Positions 53,221-62,959 of a stretch of DNA of 64,000 bases are shown piece by piece. Position 1 is the first letter of the stretch, and each line of letters starts with the position of its first letter. This DNA is from Francisella tularensis subsp. holarctica (GTDB lineage Bacteria > Pseudomonadota > Gammaproteobacteria > Francisellales > CACEW01). The notes beneath the pieces were generated by a model. The model searched no databases. It was not told the origin of the DNA and saw only the letters and a list, made by a program, of their open reading frames with translations. Location of the stretch: contig CAMCUU010000001.1 of the NCBI GenBank assembly GCA_945879065.1, positions 23,899 through 87,898 of the forward strand, in the 5' to 3' direction. Both the position numbers and the translations under genes were made by a program.

Positions 53221-53255
53221 TAAAAAAATAAAATTAAAAATTATTAAATTAATAA

Positions 53256-53786
53256 TTAAAACGGAATATCGTCATCTTCAAACTTTGGATATTCCATGGC
53301 CGGCATGGGCGAGCTCATATTTGAATTATTTAAAACAGGCTGCCCCATGGAAGAACTAGCAGAAGCTTGAGCCGCTGGTTTTTTAGCGGCATAACTATTA
53401 TTTCCAGTATTCCCAGACTCTTCGCCTGCTGAACCTCCAGCACCACCTTGACCACCAATTAATTGCATTTCACTGGCGACAATCTCTGTGGTGTATCTTT
53501 CTTGGCCTGCTTGATCCGTCCACTTATTAGTTCTTAAACGCCCTTCGACATAGACCATGCGACCTTTTTTTAAATACTCTCCAGCAATTTCTGCCAAACG
53601 CCCAAAGACAACCACACGATGCCACTCGGTAGACTCTACGAATTCACCCGTTTGCTTATCTTTATAGCCATCATTAGTTGCCAGTCTTAAATTACCAATG
53701 GCTGAGCCACTGGGCATATATCTAATCTCAGGGTCTGCGCCTAAGCGACCCAGAACAATAACTTTATTGACAGTACCTTTGGACAT
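53256..53786 (-). CDS. ssb: Single-stranded DNA-binding protein
   Basis: 176 aa. Contains [37 protein letters not shown], a Gly-rich linker and the C-terminal DDDIPF. Confidence 0.95.
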   Translation of the reverse strand: MSKGTVNKVIVLGRLGADPEIRYMPSGSAIGNLRLATNDGYKDKQTGEFVESTEWHRVVVFGRLAEIAGEYLKKGRMVYVEGRLRTNKWTDQAGQERYTTEIVASEMQLIGGQGGAGGSAGEESGNTGNNSYAAKKPAAQASASSSMGQPVLNNSNMSSPMPAMEYPKFEDDDIPF

Positions 53787-53820
53787 GTTTTTCTCCAGTA
53801 ATTAATAAAAAAATAAAAAT

Positions 53821-55284
53821 CTATTCAAAACTATTTTTAGAAAGCAGCGCAGAATAACTAAAAAGTTTCTCATCTTCAAAACGATCAGTGTCTATTTTTA
53901 AATACACGTGATCAAACCCAGAATCCAATCCAGAATCCAATCCAGAATCCATATAAACATGCACCACCCCTGGAATATGCTTTAAAAAATGCTGCGCTTT
54001 TTTTAAATCTTCAGGGTTAGTTATTTTATTAATTTTTAAAATTCGAGTCGCTAAATAACTAGGCCTAGGCATAGCAATAATTAAAACCAGCCAGACCAGA
54101 CAAATCACAAAACTGGCAATAAAAACTAAGCCCAAAGACGTGCTAGATAAATAACCCCCCAAAGCCCCGCCTGCAAAAATTCCTAAAAATTGCGAGGAGG
54201 CATAAACACCCATCGCCGTTCCGCGCACTGTCGGCTTGGCAATCTTCGAGACTAGGGAGGGCATGATGGCTTCCAGTAAAGTAAAGGCGAAGAAAAATAA
54301 AACCAAAGCCGTTGCAATACCCAAAATAGAATCATAAAAATACGCAAAATGAATAAACACCAGCTCAACTAAAATTAAAATTAAAGCAGACACAGCCATT
54401 AATAATTTTAATATTCGTCTTTTTTCACCCAAAATAATTAAGGGTATCACGAGAGAAAAAGCAATAATTAATACGGGTAGATACATCATCCATTGGTGAT
54501 TCAAACCCAAGCCTAATTTTTTAAATAATAAAATAGGCAAGACTAAAAAAGTGCTTGTTAATACGCCATGCAAAATAAAAACGCTGAGATTTAAAATCCA
54601 GAGAGATTTAGATTTAAAAATAATTTTCAAATCTAAATAATTAAATTCCTGATCTTTATGAAAAATAGATCTAACACTGGGAATCCCAAACCATAAAATT
54701 AATAAGCCTATGAGAGACAAAAAAGCCGTGAGATAAAAAATGCCTGACAGGCCAATAAATTTACCCAAAATAGGCCCGATGATCATAGACAGCATAAAAG
54801 TCAGACCAATGGTCATGCCGATCATGGACATGGCTTTAAATCTCACCTCATCGCGCGTGCTATCAGCTAATAGAGCCATCAAACTACTTCCAACAGCACC
54901 TAAACCTTGCAAGCTTCGACCTAAAATAACACCCAAAATAGAATGAGAGAAACCCGCTAATAAAGACCCCAGGAAAAATAAAATCAAACCAATAGTAATA
55001 ATTTTTTTACGCCCAAAATAATCAGACAATAAACCCATGGGTGCCTGCATAATTCCTGCCATTAAGCCATAAACCCCCAAAGCCAAGCCCATTAAAAACG
55101 GCGTCGAACCTGACAGCTTATCGGCATAAAGAGAAAAAATTGGCAAAATAATAAATAAGCCCAGCATTCTAAAAGCAAAAATTCTAGAGATATTTATAGC
55201 TATTTTTTTCTCTATCTTGCTTAGCTTTAAGCCCTGATTTTCCGTGATTTGATCAGCTAAATTATTAGAAAGAGTATCAGACAT
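53821..55284 (-). CDS. MFS transporter with an extra C-terminal soluble domain
   Basis: 487 aa. Contains [12 protein letters not shown] (MFS motif A-like) and 12 hydrophobic segments. The C-terminal ~90 aa contain [12 protein letters not shown], encoded by a 12-bp tandem repeat. Confidence 0.8.
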   Translation of the reverse strand: MSDTLSNNLADQITENQGLKLSKIEKKIAINISRIFAFRMLGLFIILPIFSLYADKLSGSTPFLMGLALGVYGLMAGIMQAPMGLLSDYFGRKKIITIGLILFFLGSLLAGFSHSILGVILGRSLQGLGAVGSSLMALLADSTRDEVRFKAMSMIGMTIGLTFMLSMIIGPILGKFIGLSGIFYLTAFLSLIGLLILWFGIPSVRSIFHKDQEFNYLDLKIIFKSKSLWILNLSVFILHGVLTSTFLVLPILLFKKLGLGLNHQWMMYLPVLIIAFSLVIPLIILGEKRRILKLLMAVSALILILVELVFIHFAYFYDSILGIATALVLFFFAFTLLEAIMPSLVSKIAKPTVRGTAMGVYASSQFLGIFAGGALGGYLSSTSLGLVFIASFVICLVWLVLIIAMPRPSYLATRILKINKITNPEDLKKAQHFLKHIPGVVHVYMDSGLDSGLDSGFDHVYLKIDTDRFEDEKLFSYSALLSKNSFE

Positions 55285-55372
55285 AGTTGGGCTCGCTTCG
55301 GCAAAAAAGGGCTGTATGATACACGACCCCCAAAGCTATAGAAACCATAAAAATACAGGATTAATACTTAAA

Positions 55373-58234
55373 ATGGATCAAATTATTGTTCGGGGTGCGC
55401 GCACTCATAATTTAAAAAATATGGATGTGACACTTCCTAGAAATCAATTAATTGTCATTACGGGTTTATCCGGTTCTGGAAAATCTTCTCTCGCTTTTGA
55501 CACCCTCTATGCTGAAGGTCAGCGCCGCTATGTCGAGTCTCTTTCAGCTTACGCTCGCCAATTTTTGTCTTTGATGGAAAAGCCTGATGTAGATCATATA
55601 GAGGGTCTGTCTCCAGCGATTTCTATTGAACAAAAATCGACCTCTCATAATCCCAGATCAACCGTTGGGACGATTACAGAAATCTATGATTATTTAAGAT
55701 TATTATTTGCTCGCATTGGAACCCCCCACTGTCCTACTCACCAGACCCCCCTTCAGGCTCAGACTATTCCAGAAATGGTTGATCGAATTCTTGCGCTACC
55801 CCCAGAAACAAAAATTACGATTTTGGCCCCCATGGTCCAGTCCAAAAAAGGCGAGCATGTCCAGCTCATGCAGAATTTATTATCCCAGGGCTATATTCGG
55901 GCGAGAATCAACGGCGAAATCTATGAGCTAGACCAGCCGCCTAAATTAGATTTACAGAAAAAACATAATATAGAAGTCGTTATTGACCGATTAAAAATCA
56001 AACCAGAGCTGGAAAAATCCAGACTTCATGAGTCTCTAGAAACCGCTTTGAATTTATCTCAGGGTTTAGTCCATGTTGATTTAGTATTTCCAGAAGAAAA
56101 TTTAGAAAATAATAATAAAAATAATTTAGAAAACCCTTTAATTTTTTCAGCCAATTATGCCTGCCATCTCTGTGGCTACTCTCTGGAAGAGCTGGAGCCC
56201 AGACTGTTTTCTTTTAATAGCCCTCATGGTGCCTGCGCTCAGTGTGATGGTTTGGGCATGGAAGAAATCTTTGACCCTAAGAAAATTATTCATGAGCCTG
56301 ATTTGTCTTTATCTCAGGGGGCTATTAGGGGCTGGAATAAAACTAATTTATTTTATTATTACCAGCTGGTTTCTCTTTCTGAACATTATGGCTTTGCCTT
56401 AGAAACCCCTTATAAAAACCTCCCTGAAGAAATTAAAAATATTTTATTATTCGGCTCAAAAAATCAAAAAATCAAAATAAAATTTACTAATTTGCAGGGC
56501 CAAATTTTCGAAAGCGAAAAAATATTCGAAGGCGTGATCCCCTATATTCAGAAAAAATATAAAGACGCTGACTCTTCCAGTATTAAAGAAGAGCTGAGCA
56601 AGTTTTTAACAAAACTACCTTGCTCCAGCTGCCACGGTAAAAGATTAAAATCTGGCGCCTGTGCCGTTTTAATTAATCAAGAAAATCTCCCTGATTTAAC
56701 AGAGCTCCCTATTGCTAAAAGCTTTGAATTTTTTAAAACCTTAGGAGACAAATTAAGCGGCCAAAAAGCCAAAATCGCCGATAAAATTTTAAAAGAAATT
56801 CAGGATCGCCTAGGATTTTTAATCAATGTAGGACTGGATTATTTAACCCTCGCTCGTAAAGCAGAAACCCTATCGGGCGGCGAGGCCCAAAGGATTAGAC
56901 TCGCCAGTCAAATTGGTGCGGGCCTAGTAGGTGTCATGTATGTTTTAGACGAACCCTCTATTGGCCTTCATCAAAGAGATAATGAGCGATTATTAAAAAC
57001 CTTGTATCACTTAAGAGATCTGGGTAACACGGTCATTGTCGTTGAGCATGACGAAGAAACTATTCGAGCCGCTGATCATGTCCTAGACATTGGACCTGGC
57101 GCTGGTGTTCACGGTGGGGAAATTATTGCCCAAGGCACGCCTCAAGATATTGAAAACAATCCAAACTCTTTAACAGGCCAGTACTTAAAAAAAATCAGAA
57201 AAATAGAGATCCCCAAAAAACGCCATATTTTTAATCCCGTGGCCATGATTAGCTTAAAAGGCGCGACGGGAAATAATTTAAAAAATGTTGATTTAGAAAT
57301 ACCCATTGGCTTAATGACCTGTATTACCGGCGTTTCTGGCTCTGGAAAATCGACTTTAATTAATGACACCCTGTATCCCATCGCTGCGACCCAGCTCAAT
57401 GGCGCAAGCACCCTGACGCCAGCGCCCTATGAAAGCATCAAGGGTTTAGAGCTCTTAGATAAAGTCGTGGATATCGACCAAAGCCCCATTGGCCGAACAC
57501 CAAGATCTAACCCGGCCACTTATGTCGGTTTGTTTTCAGATATCCGAGATTTATTTTCTAATACTGAAGAAGCCAGAATCAGAGGCTATAAACCTGGAAG
57601 ATTTAGTTTCAATGTTAAAGGCGGGCGCTGTGAAGCCTGTGAAGGCGATGGCGTCATTAAAGTCGAAATGCATTTTCTCCCCGATGTCTATGTCTTATGC
57701 GACAGCTGCAAAGGCCAGAGATACAGCCGAGAGACCCTGGAGATCAAATTTAAAAATAAAAACATTCATGAAGTCTTAGAAATGACCATCGAAGAAGCTG
57801 TTATATTTTTCGAAAATATTCCTAGCGTTTTAAGAAAAGTCCAGACTTTAGTCAGAGTGGGCTTGTCTTATATTAAATTAGGCCAGCGTGCGACGACTTT
57901 GTCTGGGGGTGAAGCTCAGCGGGTAAAATTATCTAAAGAGCTTGCCAGAAGAGATACAGGCAGTACTTTATATATCTTAGACGAACCCACGACTGGCCTG
58001 CATTTTGAAGATGTAAGACAGCTACTAGAAGTCCTTCATGATCTTCGAGACAAGGGCAATACCCTGGTAATCATTGAGCATAATTTAGACGTCGTAAAAA
58101 CCGCTGATCATGTGATAGACCTCGGCCCTGAAGGGGGGATCAATGGCGGTCAAATTATTGCAAAAGGCTCTCCAGAAAAAATTGCAGAAAATCCTAGTTC
58201 TATTACGGGGAGGTTTTTAAAAACCTTGCTATAG
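55373..58234 (+). CDS. uvrA: Excinuclease ABC subunit A
   Basis: I place the start at the ATG at 55373 ([16 protein letters not shown]...), not at the track's upstream alternative start at 55316. Contains [14 protein letters not shown], zinc modules CPTH / [21 protein letters not shown], a second [10 protein letters not shown] and [12 protein letters not shown]. Confidence 0.95.
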   Translation: MDQIIVRGARTHNLKNMDVTLPRNQLIVITGLSGSGKSSLAFDTLYAEGQRRYVESLSAYARQFLSLMEKPDVDHIEGLSPAISIEQKSTSHNPRSTVGTITEIYDYLRLLFARIGTPHCPTHQTPLQAQTIPEMVDRILALPPETKITILAPMVQSKKGEHVQLMQNLLSQGYIRARINGEIYELDQPPKLDLQKKHNIEVVIDRLKIKPELEKSRLHESLETALNLSQGLVHVDLVFPEENLENNNKNNLENPLIFSANYACHLCGYSLEELEPRLFSFNSPHGACAQCDGLGMEEIFDPKKIIHEPDLSLSQGAIRGWNKTNLFYYYQLVSLSEHYGFALETPYKNLPEEIKNILLFGSKNQKIKIKFTNLQGQIFESEKIFEGVIPYIQKKYKDADSSSIKEELSKFLTKLPCSSCHGKRLKSGACAVLINQENLPDLTELPIAKSFEFFKTLGDKLSGQKAKIADKILKEIQDRLGFLINVGLDYLTLARKAETLSGGEAQRIRLASQIGAGLVGVMYVLDEPSIGLHQRDNERLLKTLYHLRDLGNTVIVVEHDEETIRAADHVLDIGPGAGVHGGEIIAQGTPQDIENNPNSLTGQYLKKIRKIEIPKKRHIFNPVAMISLKGATGNNLKNVDLEIPIGLMTCITGVSGSGKSTLINDTLYPIAATQLNGASTLTPAPYESIKGLELLDKVVDIDQSPIGRTPRSNPATYVGLFSDIRDLFSNTEEARIRGYKPGRFSFNVKGGRCEACEGDGVIKVEMHFLPDVYVLCDSCKGQRYSRETLEIKFKNKNIHEVLEMTIEEAVIFFENIPSVLRKVQTLVRVGLSYIKLGQRATTLSGGEAQRVKLSKELARRDTGSTLYILDEPTTGLHFEDVRQLLEVLHDLRDKGNTLVIIEHNLDVVKTADHVIDLGPEGGINGGQIIAKGSPEKIAENPSSITGRFLKTLL

Positions 58235-58291
58235 CACCAAATTAAAAAGATCTGTAAAATCGCGCGCTGTTTAATTCGTGAGTGTTTTACA

Positions 58292-59170
58292 ATGTTTGAT
58301 CTTTTAATAAGACGCCTAGCAAAAGCTGGGCTCTCAACTGGACTCTCAACTGGGCACTCTTCTCGCGTTTTATCCACACTGGTTCTTCCACTGCGAGTTC
58401 AAAATAGTATTTCTTTTTCAACACCAGAGAACACTTTTGATGTTCCACCAGGTTATTTGGCACTTACCTTGGCCTCTTCGAAGCAGCCTATTTTAGGCGC
58501 TGCTCATCCACCAGAAAGCCCTCCCTATCACCGAGAGTCCATCATCTTGGGATTTCATAGTTTATCTACAGGACTTACTGCTTTAGCTTCATTGGACATG
58601 AACTCATTTCTTCAAGCTTTTTCTTTAGTGCCCACTTTATTAAAAATGATCGAAGGAACGCCAAGAGAGAAAGATAAGCTAATAAGCGCGAAACCCTCCC
58701 TGAGTCTTTTCATTAGTCTGACACCGCGGGCTTATCGTGATCCACATGATCTTGAAAAGATCACCCCTTCCTGTGCTTGGTTTGTGAAAAGAAAATTAGA
58801 ATCACAAGTGGAATCACAGATTTTATTAGGCAAGCTAGCCGTATTAAATTTGCCGCCTAGTCGGTCTTTAACATTAGATTCACTCACAGGTCGATGCTAT
58901 GTCAGAGAAAAAGAAATCCCGTCAGATCATGACAGAGCTGGTTCTCTTGAAAATCTCAACGCAAGACGATTGGCAAAAGTTGTTTTAGAAAAATGCGAAA
59001 CAAAAGCAGCAGAAAAAAAAGCAGCAGAACCAAAACACCTCTGCTCTCAAACCGATTCTGATTTACTTAAAACCACCCCTGTTTTCAAAATCAGTGAATT
59101 TTTAAGACAAGCTCAGCTGGGCTCTGATTTAGAATCATTAGAATCAGAAGGAAGCCCGAGTGCCAGGTAA
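58292..59170 (+). CDS. Hypothetical protein (orphan, Ser/Leu/Pro-rich)
   Basis: 292-aa ORF with no recognisable motifs. Contains small tandem repeats (GLSTGLSTG, ESQVESQ, LESLESE) and an acidic C-terminal tail. Confidence 0.5.
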   Translation: MFDLLIRRLAKAGLSTGLSTGHSSRVLSTLVLPLRVQNSISFSTPENTFDVPPGYLALTLASSKQPILGAAHPPESPPYHRESIILGFHSLSTGLTALASLDMNSFLQAFSLVPTLLKMIEGTPREKDKLISAKPSLSLFISLTPRAYRDPHDLEKITPSCAWFVKRKLESQVESQILLGKLAVLNLPPSRSLTLDSLTGRCYVREKEIPSDHDRAGSLENLNARRLAKVVLEKCETKAAEKKAAEPKHLCSQTDSDLLKTTPVFKISEFLRQAQLGSDLESLESEGSPSAR

Positions 59171-59276
59171 TTTTCATGGCTAATCACTGTTTTTCCTAAT
59201 TCTTTTTCAGCATCTTTACGGGCGTTGCCTGCCACACCGCCCCCTCGCTTTGCCACTTTTTTGTGAACTGAAAAGC

Positions 59277-59312
59277 AACAAAGGGGGGGGTAAATTGCCC
59301 CCCCTTTGTAGT
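59277..59312 (-). terminator. Rho-independent terminator downstream of the small membrane protein gene
   Basis: CAAAGGGGGGGG-TAAATT-GCCCCCCCTTTG. On the minus strand the stem is followed by TTGCTTTT. Confidence 0.6.
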
Positions 59313-59359
59313 TTCACTTACAGCGCCAATATAAGCGCTAATGTTTTTAAAAAATATTT

Positions 59360-59560
59360 TTAATTAATAAACACCCAAACCATCGCCACACCCCAGCCAA
59401 TAAACGTCCAGCCAAACAATAAATTCAAAATAAAAATAGCAATCTTTTGCTTATGGTTTTTCATAAAGCCAATAATGGCTGGCAAGAAATACATCGCAAT
59501 AAAAATAACTGAAAAAAAACAACCCAAAGCGGTGTCTAAAACATCCCAAAACATATCCAT
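59360..59560 (-). CDS. Small membrane protein, superinfection-immunity (Imm)-like family
   Basis: 66 aa with two transmembrane helices. YFLPAIIGFMKNHKQKIAIFILNLLFGWTFIGWGVAMVW matches the conserved core (..LP..IA..R.H.....I...N...GWT.IGW......W) that I associate with the T4 Imm-like family. Confidence 0.7.
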   Translation of the reverse strand: MDMFWDVLDTALGCFFSVIFIAMYFLPAIIGFMKNHKQKIAIFILNLLFGWTFIGWGVAMVWVFIN

Positions 59561-59574
59561 TAAATTTTTTCTCT

Positions 59575-60183
59575 CTAAAAATTATCTAAACCATAACCCT
59601 GGTTTTCCAGCAAACTAATCAAATCAATCACGCAAAGCCCTTCCAAACTATTCGGGTCTTTGCTGATTACTGACTCAATTAATCTAATCCCAGGCCCTTC
59701 AACTTTAAGACTCCCAGCGCACTCATAAGGCTGATATTTTTTTAAATAATTTTCAGCCATCGCTTGGGAATAATCTCTAAATTTAGTTTCAATGATATTT
59801 AACCTGGTTTCATATCTTTGAGTTTTAAAGTTTAATAAGCACAGACCATTTAAAAAATTAATAGTCCTGCCTCTAAATTTCATTAAAAAATCTAAACCCT
59901 CTTCGTAACCACTGGGCTTGCCAATAATCTCACCGTCTAAATCAGCCACTTGATCTGAACCAATGATTAAATAATTTTTATTTAAATCTTTAATTATTTC
60001 ACTGACTTTTTGAGCTTTTCCAATCGCCAATCTAATCACTAAATCTTTAGCTAATTCCTGATCTTTCGGTGTTTCGTCAATATCAGGAATCATAATTTCA
60101 AAATCAAAGCCGGCTTTTTTTAAAATTTTCTGCCTCGCCTGCGAACTCGAGGCCAGAATGATTTCTAGATTTTTTTTACTCAT
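59575..60183 (-). CDS. maf: Maf-family nucleoside-triphosphate pyrophosphatase
   Basis: 202 aa. Contains IILASSSQARQKILKKAGFDFEIMIPDIDE, IGSDQV and AGSLKVEG. Confidence 0.88.
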   Translation of the reverse strand: MSKKNLEIILASSSQARQKILKKAGFDFEIMIPDIDETPKDQELAKDLVIRLAIGKAQKVSEIIKDLNKNYLIIGSDQVADLDGEIIGKPSGYEEGLDFLMKFRGRTINFLNGLCLLNFKTQRYETRLNIIETKFRDYSQAMAENYLKKYQPYECAGSLKVEGPGIRLIESVISKDPNSLEGLCVIDLISLLENQGYGLDNF

Positions 60184-60212
60184 ATTTTTTATATTTATAT
60201 TTTTTTAATTTT

Positions 60213-60812
<600 letters not shown>

Positions 60813-60831
60813 TTAGGCTCTTTCTAAAATC

Positions 60832-60859
60832 GGGACGAATACAAGATTCGCCCCTCTAC
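60832..60859 (-). repeat. Palindromic element copy, intergenic wrbA/secB
   Basis: The reverse complement reads GTAGAGGGGCGAATCTTGTATTCGTCCC, near-identical to 1504..1528 and 18653..18676. Confidence 0.75.
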
Positions 60860-60885
60860 CTTCTTTCTTAAAGTAGAACCATCAA

Positions 60886-61365
60886 TTATTGAATGGTCTC
60901 TGTTGTTTTAGCTGGCTGTTTTTGCTGCAAGCCTTGAGCATACAAAGCATCAAAATTAACAGGTGCTAATTGCAAATCTGGAAAGCCCGCCCGAGTAACC
61001 AAACTAGAGAGCATTTCACGCGCATAGGGAAATAAAGTACTAGGACAAAAACTACCCAAAATATGACCCAACTGGGCTTCTGGAAAATTCGCAATCGTAA
61101 ATATTCCGACTTGTTTTAACTGAATCAAAAAAGCAGTCTTTTGAGCAGTCTTAGCAGTGACCGTCAAAGTCAAAGTCACTTTATGCGTATTGGGCATGCT
61201 GGCCACTACTTCACTCGCTGTGTTTAATTCAATATTCGCCTCGGGTTTCCAGCTTTCTTGAAACATCGCGGGGCTATTGGGGGACTCGACAGAGACATCT
61301 TCGACGTAAATTTTTTGAATTAAAAATTCACCTTGAGGTGCTTGATTTTGATCTAATTCAGCCAT
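60886..61365 (-). CDS. secB: Protein-export chaperone SecB
   Basis: 159 aa. FLIQKIYVEDVSVESPNSPAMF...CPSTLFPYAREMLSSLVTRAGFPDLQLAPVNFDALY aligns along its length with E. coli SecB. Confidence 0.9.
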   Translation of the reverse strand: MAELDQNQAPQGEFLIQKIYVEDVSVESPNSPAMFQESWKPEANIELNTASEVVASMPNTHKVTLTLTVTAKTAQKTAFLIQLKQVGIFTIANFPEAQLGHILGSFCPSTLFPYAREMLSSLVTRAGFPDLQLAPVNFDALYAQGLQQKQPAKTTETIQ

Positions 61366-61437
61366 GAGGTTTTCTCTCCTAATTAAAAAATAAAAATAAA
61401 AATAAAAAATTAAAAACTTAAAAAATAAATAAAAAAA

Positions 61438-62316
61438 TTACGCAGGCGCGAGCCCTCTTGAATCAGCTGTTGGCTCAGCTAATTCATCTGGGGTTCCTGC
61501 GGGGGGTGTTCTTAGAGGTTTAGGGGCTGCTCGCAATATATCAGCAAGCAGTAAAGAAGTAGATGGAAGCCCAGTTGTTGCTCCTGCTGGCCCTCTATGA
61601 TTACGCCCACTTAAAGTAAGAACAGTATCTACAGGTTTTGATTCCTCCCCTGACTTAGCTGATGTAGCTGATGTAGCTGATGCAGCTGATCTAGGAGTAG
61701 CACGGACCGCTGCTGCTGAAAGCCTAAAAAAAGAAAGGTCTGCTAGATCACCTAGAGAAATAACAGGAGCAGTTGGACCAGTTGGAGCAGAAAAACTAAA
61801 GACTCTACCCACAGCTCTCTGTACTGGAGGTGCACCGGGTGAGCCGGGTGACCTGGGTGCAACAGGTGAATGAGATAACTCTGAAGGACTTAAAGCTGGA
61901 AGAGCAGAGGGAGCAGCATGCGGTCTTACAGGAGGTGGAACTGCGCCTTCTTTTGCAGCCTGAGCAAAAATATTAGGAAGCGGAGTCGTAGGATGAGACA
62001 CGGGGCCTCCGAGCTCATCAGCACCAGCTGGAGCTGCAACGCCTACAGCAACCAAATCCAAAACAGGGACTGTCAGCCCTCTTCCTATTTCCCGCTCATC
62101 GTGACGCTGTTTTTTACCCTTTGAAGCTAATTCCAGCTTTTCAAAGTCATCCAGAAATCCCTGGTCGGCTGGATTTATTTCTGCCACCTCAGCACGCCTT
62201 GTTTTTCCAAAAGCGCCACCTCCTTTAAAAGAAACCCCTGATTGACCCCGTCCCCTCGCAGGAGCTATAGCTCCTAAAGGTTTTGGTAAATCTGCTAGTA
62301 AATTTCGACCTGACAT
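61438..62316 (-). CDS. Hypothetical Pro/Ala/Gly/Ser-rich protein (likely disordered), GC-rich gene
   Basis: 292-aa ORF with strongly atypical composition: 35 G+C in the 60 nt at 61441..61500 by hand count, within an AT-rich window. Low-complexity segments include PPPVRPHAAPSALPALSPSELSHSPVAPRSPGSPGAPP and a 9-bp tandem repeat (SAASATSATSA). Confidence 0.55.
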   Translation of the reverse strand: MSGRNLLADLPKPLGAIAPARGRGQSGVSFKGGGAFGKTRRAEVAEINPADQGFLDDFEKLELASKGKKQRHDEREIGRGLTVPVLDLVAVGVAAPAGADELGGPVSHPTTPLPNIFAQAAKEGAVPPPVRPHAAPSALPALSPSELSHSPVAPRSPGSPGAPPVQRAVGRVFSFSAPTGPTAPVISLGDLADLSFFRLSAAAVRATPRSAASATSATSAKSGEESKPVDTVLTLSGRNHRGPAGATTGLPSTSLLLADILRAAPKPLRTPPAGTPDELAEPTADSRGLAPA

Positions 62317-62352
62317 TGGTTTCGCTCCCTATTTATATTTATAAATTTAAAA

Positions 62353-62829
62353 CTATTTCAACACTAAAAATTGCGCGGCAAAGCTATCTAAAGGCGAGCC
62401 AGCGGCTCCGCCTTCACTTGCCTGTAAAAAATAAATTGCAGATTCACCCGCTTGAGCCGCGATAAATTTGGCTTGATTTAAAGACTCTTGATATAGCTTT
62501 AAATTATTTTGACTAGATGAAACATCCCAATGAACGGACGTATTAATTATCCCTATATTTCTAGATTGACTCAGCGCTTGATCCTGCGGATAGGTATTTA
62601 AAAGTTGAATGCTAGAAGCCTCTAGAGGCTTTGAAAGATTATTCTCTGGAGCATAATTTTGATTCGGAAGAAAAATTCCATGAACGCCGTTTGGACCTTC
62701 TGGGTTAATCAAAACGCCAATCGCGGCAATAATAATTAAAATTAAAAGCGCCAGGATATTTTGGGTAATGGCTAAAGAAAAAAATGGGGAAACTTTTGGG
62801 GAACTTTTCATGGAAATTTTTACATGCAC
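62353..62829 (-). CDS. Hypothetical protein with an N-terminal signal anchor
   Basis: 158 aa with the hydrophobic segment ILALLILIIIAAIGVLI and no recognisable motif. It lies 36 nt upstream of the 61438..62316 gene, so the two are likely co-transcribed. Confidence 0.5.
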   Translation of the reverse strand: MHVKISMKSSPKVSPFFSLAITQNILALLILIIIAAIGVLINPEGPNGVHGIFLPNQNYAPENNLSKPLEASSIQLLNTYPQDQALSQSRNIGIINTSVHWDVSSSQNNLKLYQESLNQAKFIAAQAGESAIYFLQASEGGAAGSPLDSFAAQFLVLK

Positions 62830-62959
62830 TTAATTTTCAAAGGGCGAGATCATAATGCTTTTTTTCTCGCTGGCAATTGAGTTCTAAGTTTGAACTCCAA
62901 GTTTTTTAAAAATCCCCTCACCTCCAGCGAGGCGAGAAGATTTATAAGCTCAGAATAAA

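Noticed and set aside
55316-55372. Upstream extension of uvrA given in the ORF track ([19 protein letters not shown]...)
   Set aside because: UvrA homologues begin at the [20 protein letters not shown] sequence. The ATG at 55373 restores that N-terminus, and the extension would start only 31 nt from the divergent MFS gene.
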